NCBI GenBank assembly: GCA_002704825.1
Contig: PAIY01000049.1
Span: 17,470 to 41,469, forward strand
Source of the DNA: Phycisphaeraceae bacterium
Lineage (GTDB): Bacteria; Planctomycetota; Phycisphaerae; Phycisphaerales; Phycisphaeraceae
Direction of reading: 5' to 3'
Length of the DNA stretch: 24,000 nt
Shown piece after piece: positions 22,436 through 24,000 of the stretch. The notes below the pieces were generated by a model. The model saw only the letters and a list, made by a program, of their open reading frames with translations, was not told where the DNA came from and searched no databases. The translations under genes and the position numbers were made by a program. How positions within the stretch are numbered: position 1 is the stretch's first letter; the number at the start of each line of letters is the position of its first letter.

Positions 22436-22771
22436 ATGAACAAGAAAAAGTCCCCTATCGCATACGAGCGCGTCAAACTCAACGGTGAGTGGTACGCCAT
22501 CCTGCCAGAGTCTGATTTGCTGCATCATCTTGAGCACGGCTCACAAGCCCGGAAGATGGACACACTGCAACAGATGACCATCAGTGACGAACGCCTGGCC
22601 CAGCGTCTGGTCGAACGTCGCACACAGGCAGGTTTGAGCCAAAAGGAGTTGGCCGAGCTGGCAGACGTCCGCGTGGAAACACTTAACCGGATCGAAAAAG
22701 GCAAGACGACTCCGGACTTCAAGACGATCCGCAAACTGGTTACTGCTATCACCGAACACACTGAAAGGTAA
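22436..22771 (+). CDS. XRE-family helix-turn-helix protein with a roughly 45-aa non-HTH N-terminal region
   Basis: The C-terminal part LAQRLVERRTQAGLSQKELAELADVRVETLNRIEKGKTTPDFKTIRKLVTAI is a typical Cro/C1 (XRE) HTH. I did not recognise the N-terminal part MNKKKSPIAYERVKLNGEWYAILPESDLLHHLEH. Confidence 0.85.
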   Translation: MNKKKSPIAYERVKLNGEWYAILPESDLLHHLEHGSQARKMDTLQQMTISDERLAQRLVERRTQAGLSQKELAELADVRVETLNRIEKGKTTPDFKTIRKLVTAITEHTER

Positions 22772-22775
22772 TCCA

Positions 22776-23042
22776 ATGCAAACGCAAAGACAGTCATTAA
22801 GCGAGCTTCAACAGAAAGTCATTCAAATCGCCGCAGAACAAGTTGGCATGGATTGCCAGGAAGTCAACCTGGCTTCGCATTTTGAAAATGACCTGAGTTA
22901 CGACAGCCTGGATCAAACCGAGTTCGTCATGGAGATCGAGGAACAGTTTGAGATGAACGTGCCAGACGAGGAAGCGATCAAGATCAAAACGGTTGGTCAA
23001 GCCGTGGCCCTGATTCAGGTGAAATTACAGATCACTACCTGA
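22776..23042 (+). CDS. Acyl carrier protein (orphan, not in a fab cluster)
   Basis: NLASHFENDLSYDSLDQTEFVMEIEEQFEMNVPDEEAIKIKTVGQAVALI carries the DSLD phosphopantetheine-attachment motif and the acidic helix II/III pattern of ACPs. It starts 4 nt after the XRE stop, with a GAAAGG SD. Confidence 0.88.
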   Translation: MQTQRQSLSELQQKVIQIAAEQVGMDCQEVNLASHFENDLSYDSLDQTEFVMEIEEQFEMNVPDEEAIKIKTVGQAVALIQVKLQITT

Positions 23043-23047
23043 GCATA

Positions 23048-23082
23048 AAAAAACCGTGGCCGATATTCGACCACGGTTTTAG
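23048..23082. terminator. Bidirectional terminator between the ACP gene and the convergent GH16 gene
   Basis: The stem pairs AAAACCGTGG (23050-23059) with CCACGGTTTT (23071-23080). It is flanked by A-rich sequence on the left and T-rich sequence on the right. Confidence 0.8.
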
Positions 23083-23120
23083 GTAATGCGTCCACAGATC
23101 ATTGCGGAGGGATATCCAGC

Positions 23121-24000
23121 TTATTTGATGCGGTCCTTGAGTTGCCAGACGCGGACATAGTCGACGAGCCATTTGTCTGGGAGTGCTGAGTCGTCGATGT
23201 TCTTGGTGGCCCAGCGACCGGTTTGGACATTGAGGATCATGAACATGGGGGTTGAACCGACGCGTTCGTTTTTGAACTCTGCCATCTGCTTGCCGTCAAC
23301 GTAGAACACCAGACGACCCGGTTCCCAGAGACAGCCGAAGGTGTGGTAGCCGTCTTCGGTTGGCAGGTGATAGAGATGCGAAGTGCCCCATGACTTGTGG
23401 TCTGCACCGTAGCCATCCCAGTGTGCTGCCACGTTGTAGCGACCGGGGCCCCACTCACAGAGATACTCGTAGATGTCGATTTCCATGCCTTGGCCTTTAG
23501 TGTCGCCACGCTGCCAGATGTTGCCCGCTTCGGGACCACGGTCAGGCATCAGCCAAAAGGCAGGCCAGAGACCACGGGCGGTCGGTGCTTTGAAGCGGGA
23601 TTCAAAATAGCCGTACTTCTGCGTGAACTTGTCATAGCTTTGGATGACCGCTGTGGTGTAATCACGCGTGGGCAGCTTGGGATCATCGTATTGATGGCCG
23701 TGTTTCTTTTCACAGAGGAAGACGAGATTGCCATCCTTGATGGACAAGTTTTTCTCGGAGTAAACCTGCAGTTCACCCTTGAGCGGGCCGTCGTAACGCA
23801 TGCGCGTGTTCCAGAGATTTTTATTCAGTGTCGACTCGTTGAAGTCTTCATCAAGCGTCATCTTCCAGTCGCCTTCAACGGGCGGACGCTTGCCCAACCA
23901 GTCGGGAATCTCAGCGTATTTCTTGACGTTGGCTTTGATGTTGGCAACTGCTACGGAAGCCTGTTTACTTGGGCCAACGATCAGGAGTTGGGTGATGTTA
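23121..24000 (-). CDS. Glycoside hydrolase family 16 domain protein (beta-glucanase/laminarinase-like), 5'-truncated by the window edge
   Basis: WPAFWLMPD and the catalytic GMEIDIYEY (E-x-D-x-x-E) are present, along with a jelly-roll-type sequence. The track shows a TTG start at 23897, but the same frame stays open to position 23999 (…NITQLLIVGPSKQASVAVANIKANVKKYAEIPDWLGKRPP…). The true N-terminus therefore probably lies outside the window. Confidence 0.85.
   Translation of the reverse strand, partial: NITQLLIVGPSKQASVAVANIKANVKKYAEIPDWLGKRPPVEGDWKMTLDEDFNESTLNKNLWNTRMRYDGPLKGELQVYSEKNLSIKDGNLVFLCEKKHGHQYDDPKLPTRDYTTAVIQSYDKFTQKYGYFESRFKAPTARGLWPAFWLMPDRGPEAGNIWQRGDTKGQGMEIDIYEYLCEWGPGRYNVAAHWDGYGADHKSWGTSHLYHLPTEDGYHTFGCLWEPGRLVFYVDGKQMAEFKNERVGSTPMFMILNVQTGRWATKNIDDSALPDKWLVDYVRVWQLKDRIK

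Noticed and set aside
22525-23000. Minus-strand ORFs 22525..22797, 22541..22759 and 22797..23000 opposite the XRE and ACP genes
   Set aside because: I checked these as possible antisense toxin candidates for a TA-like reading of the locus. They have no SD or promoter and a shadow-frame composition, whereas the + strand genes have clear HTH and ACP motifs.
1-24000. Search for CRISPR arrays, tRNA/rRNA genes, transposases, integrases, phage genes or canonical defence systems
   Set aside because: I saw no regularly spaced direct repeats, no cloverleaf-compatible segments in the intergenic regions, and no ORF with recombinase, nuclease or ATPase defence hallmarks. The only repeats are short palindromic intergenic elements.

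Overview
This 24 kb, moderately GC-rich bacterial chromosomal window is densely coding, with 22 supportable protein-coding genes, two of them cut by the window edges. I found no rRNA, tRNA, CRISPR array, transposase or integrase. Housekeeping genes (pgi, a Dus-family tRNA-dihydrouridine synthase, rpmI-rplT, a YeaD-like hexose-6-phosphate mutarotase, lepB, an isolated nuoH) are interleaved with carbohydrate-utilisation and cell-surface genes. These include GH28-like, GH26-like and GH16-like hydrolases, a large secreted helical-plus-beta-rich enzyme candidate, and LacI-type and AraR-type sugar regulators. They also include two prepilin-type 'H-X9-DG' pseudopilin-like proteins, a PEP-CTERM-anchored surface protein, a Gln-rich DUF11/OmcB-like repeat protein and a LysM lipoprotein. 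The mix of H-X9-DG prepilin-like paralogs, PEP-CTERM sorting and CAZyme density suggests a PVC-superphylum organism (Planctomycetota/Phycisphaerae-, Lentisphaerota- or Verrucomicrobiota-like); this is inference only. Most long + / - shadow ORFs in the supplied track lie antisense to the real genes and were rejected. Several track ORFs carry 5' extensions, which I trimmed to starts supported by signal peptides and Shine-Dalgarno motifs. The most interesting observations are: (1) the PEP-CTERM protein carries Cys and Gln motifs resembling the internal-thioester (TED/TQXA) adhesins of Gram-positives; (2) a 'sugar regulator then H-X9-DG pseudopilin, next to a secreted CAZyme' module occurs twice; (3) a tightly coupled XRE-HTH plus orphan acyl-carrier-protein bicistron sits behind a perfect palindrome that overlaps its promoter; (4) short GC-rich palindromic repeats and a sense-strand CCCCCGGAAG 3'-UTR motif recur in intergenic regions. 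No canonical defence, toxin or mobile system is evident.
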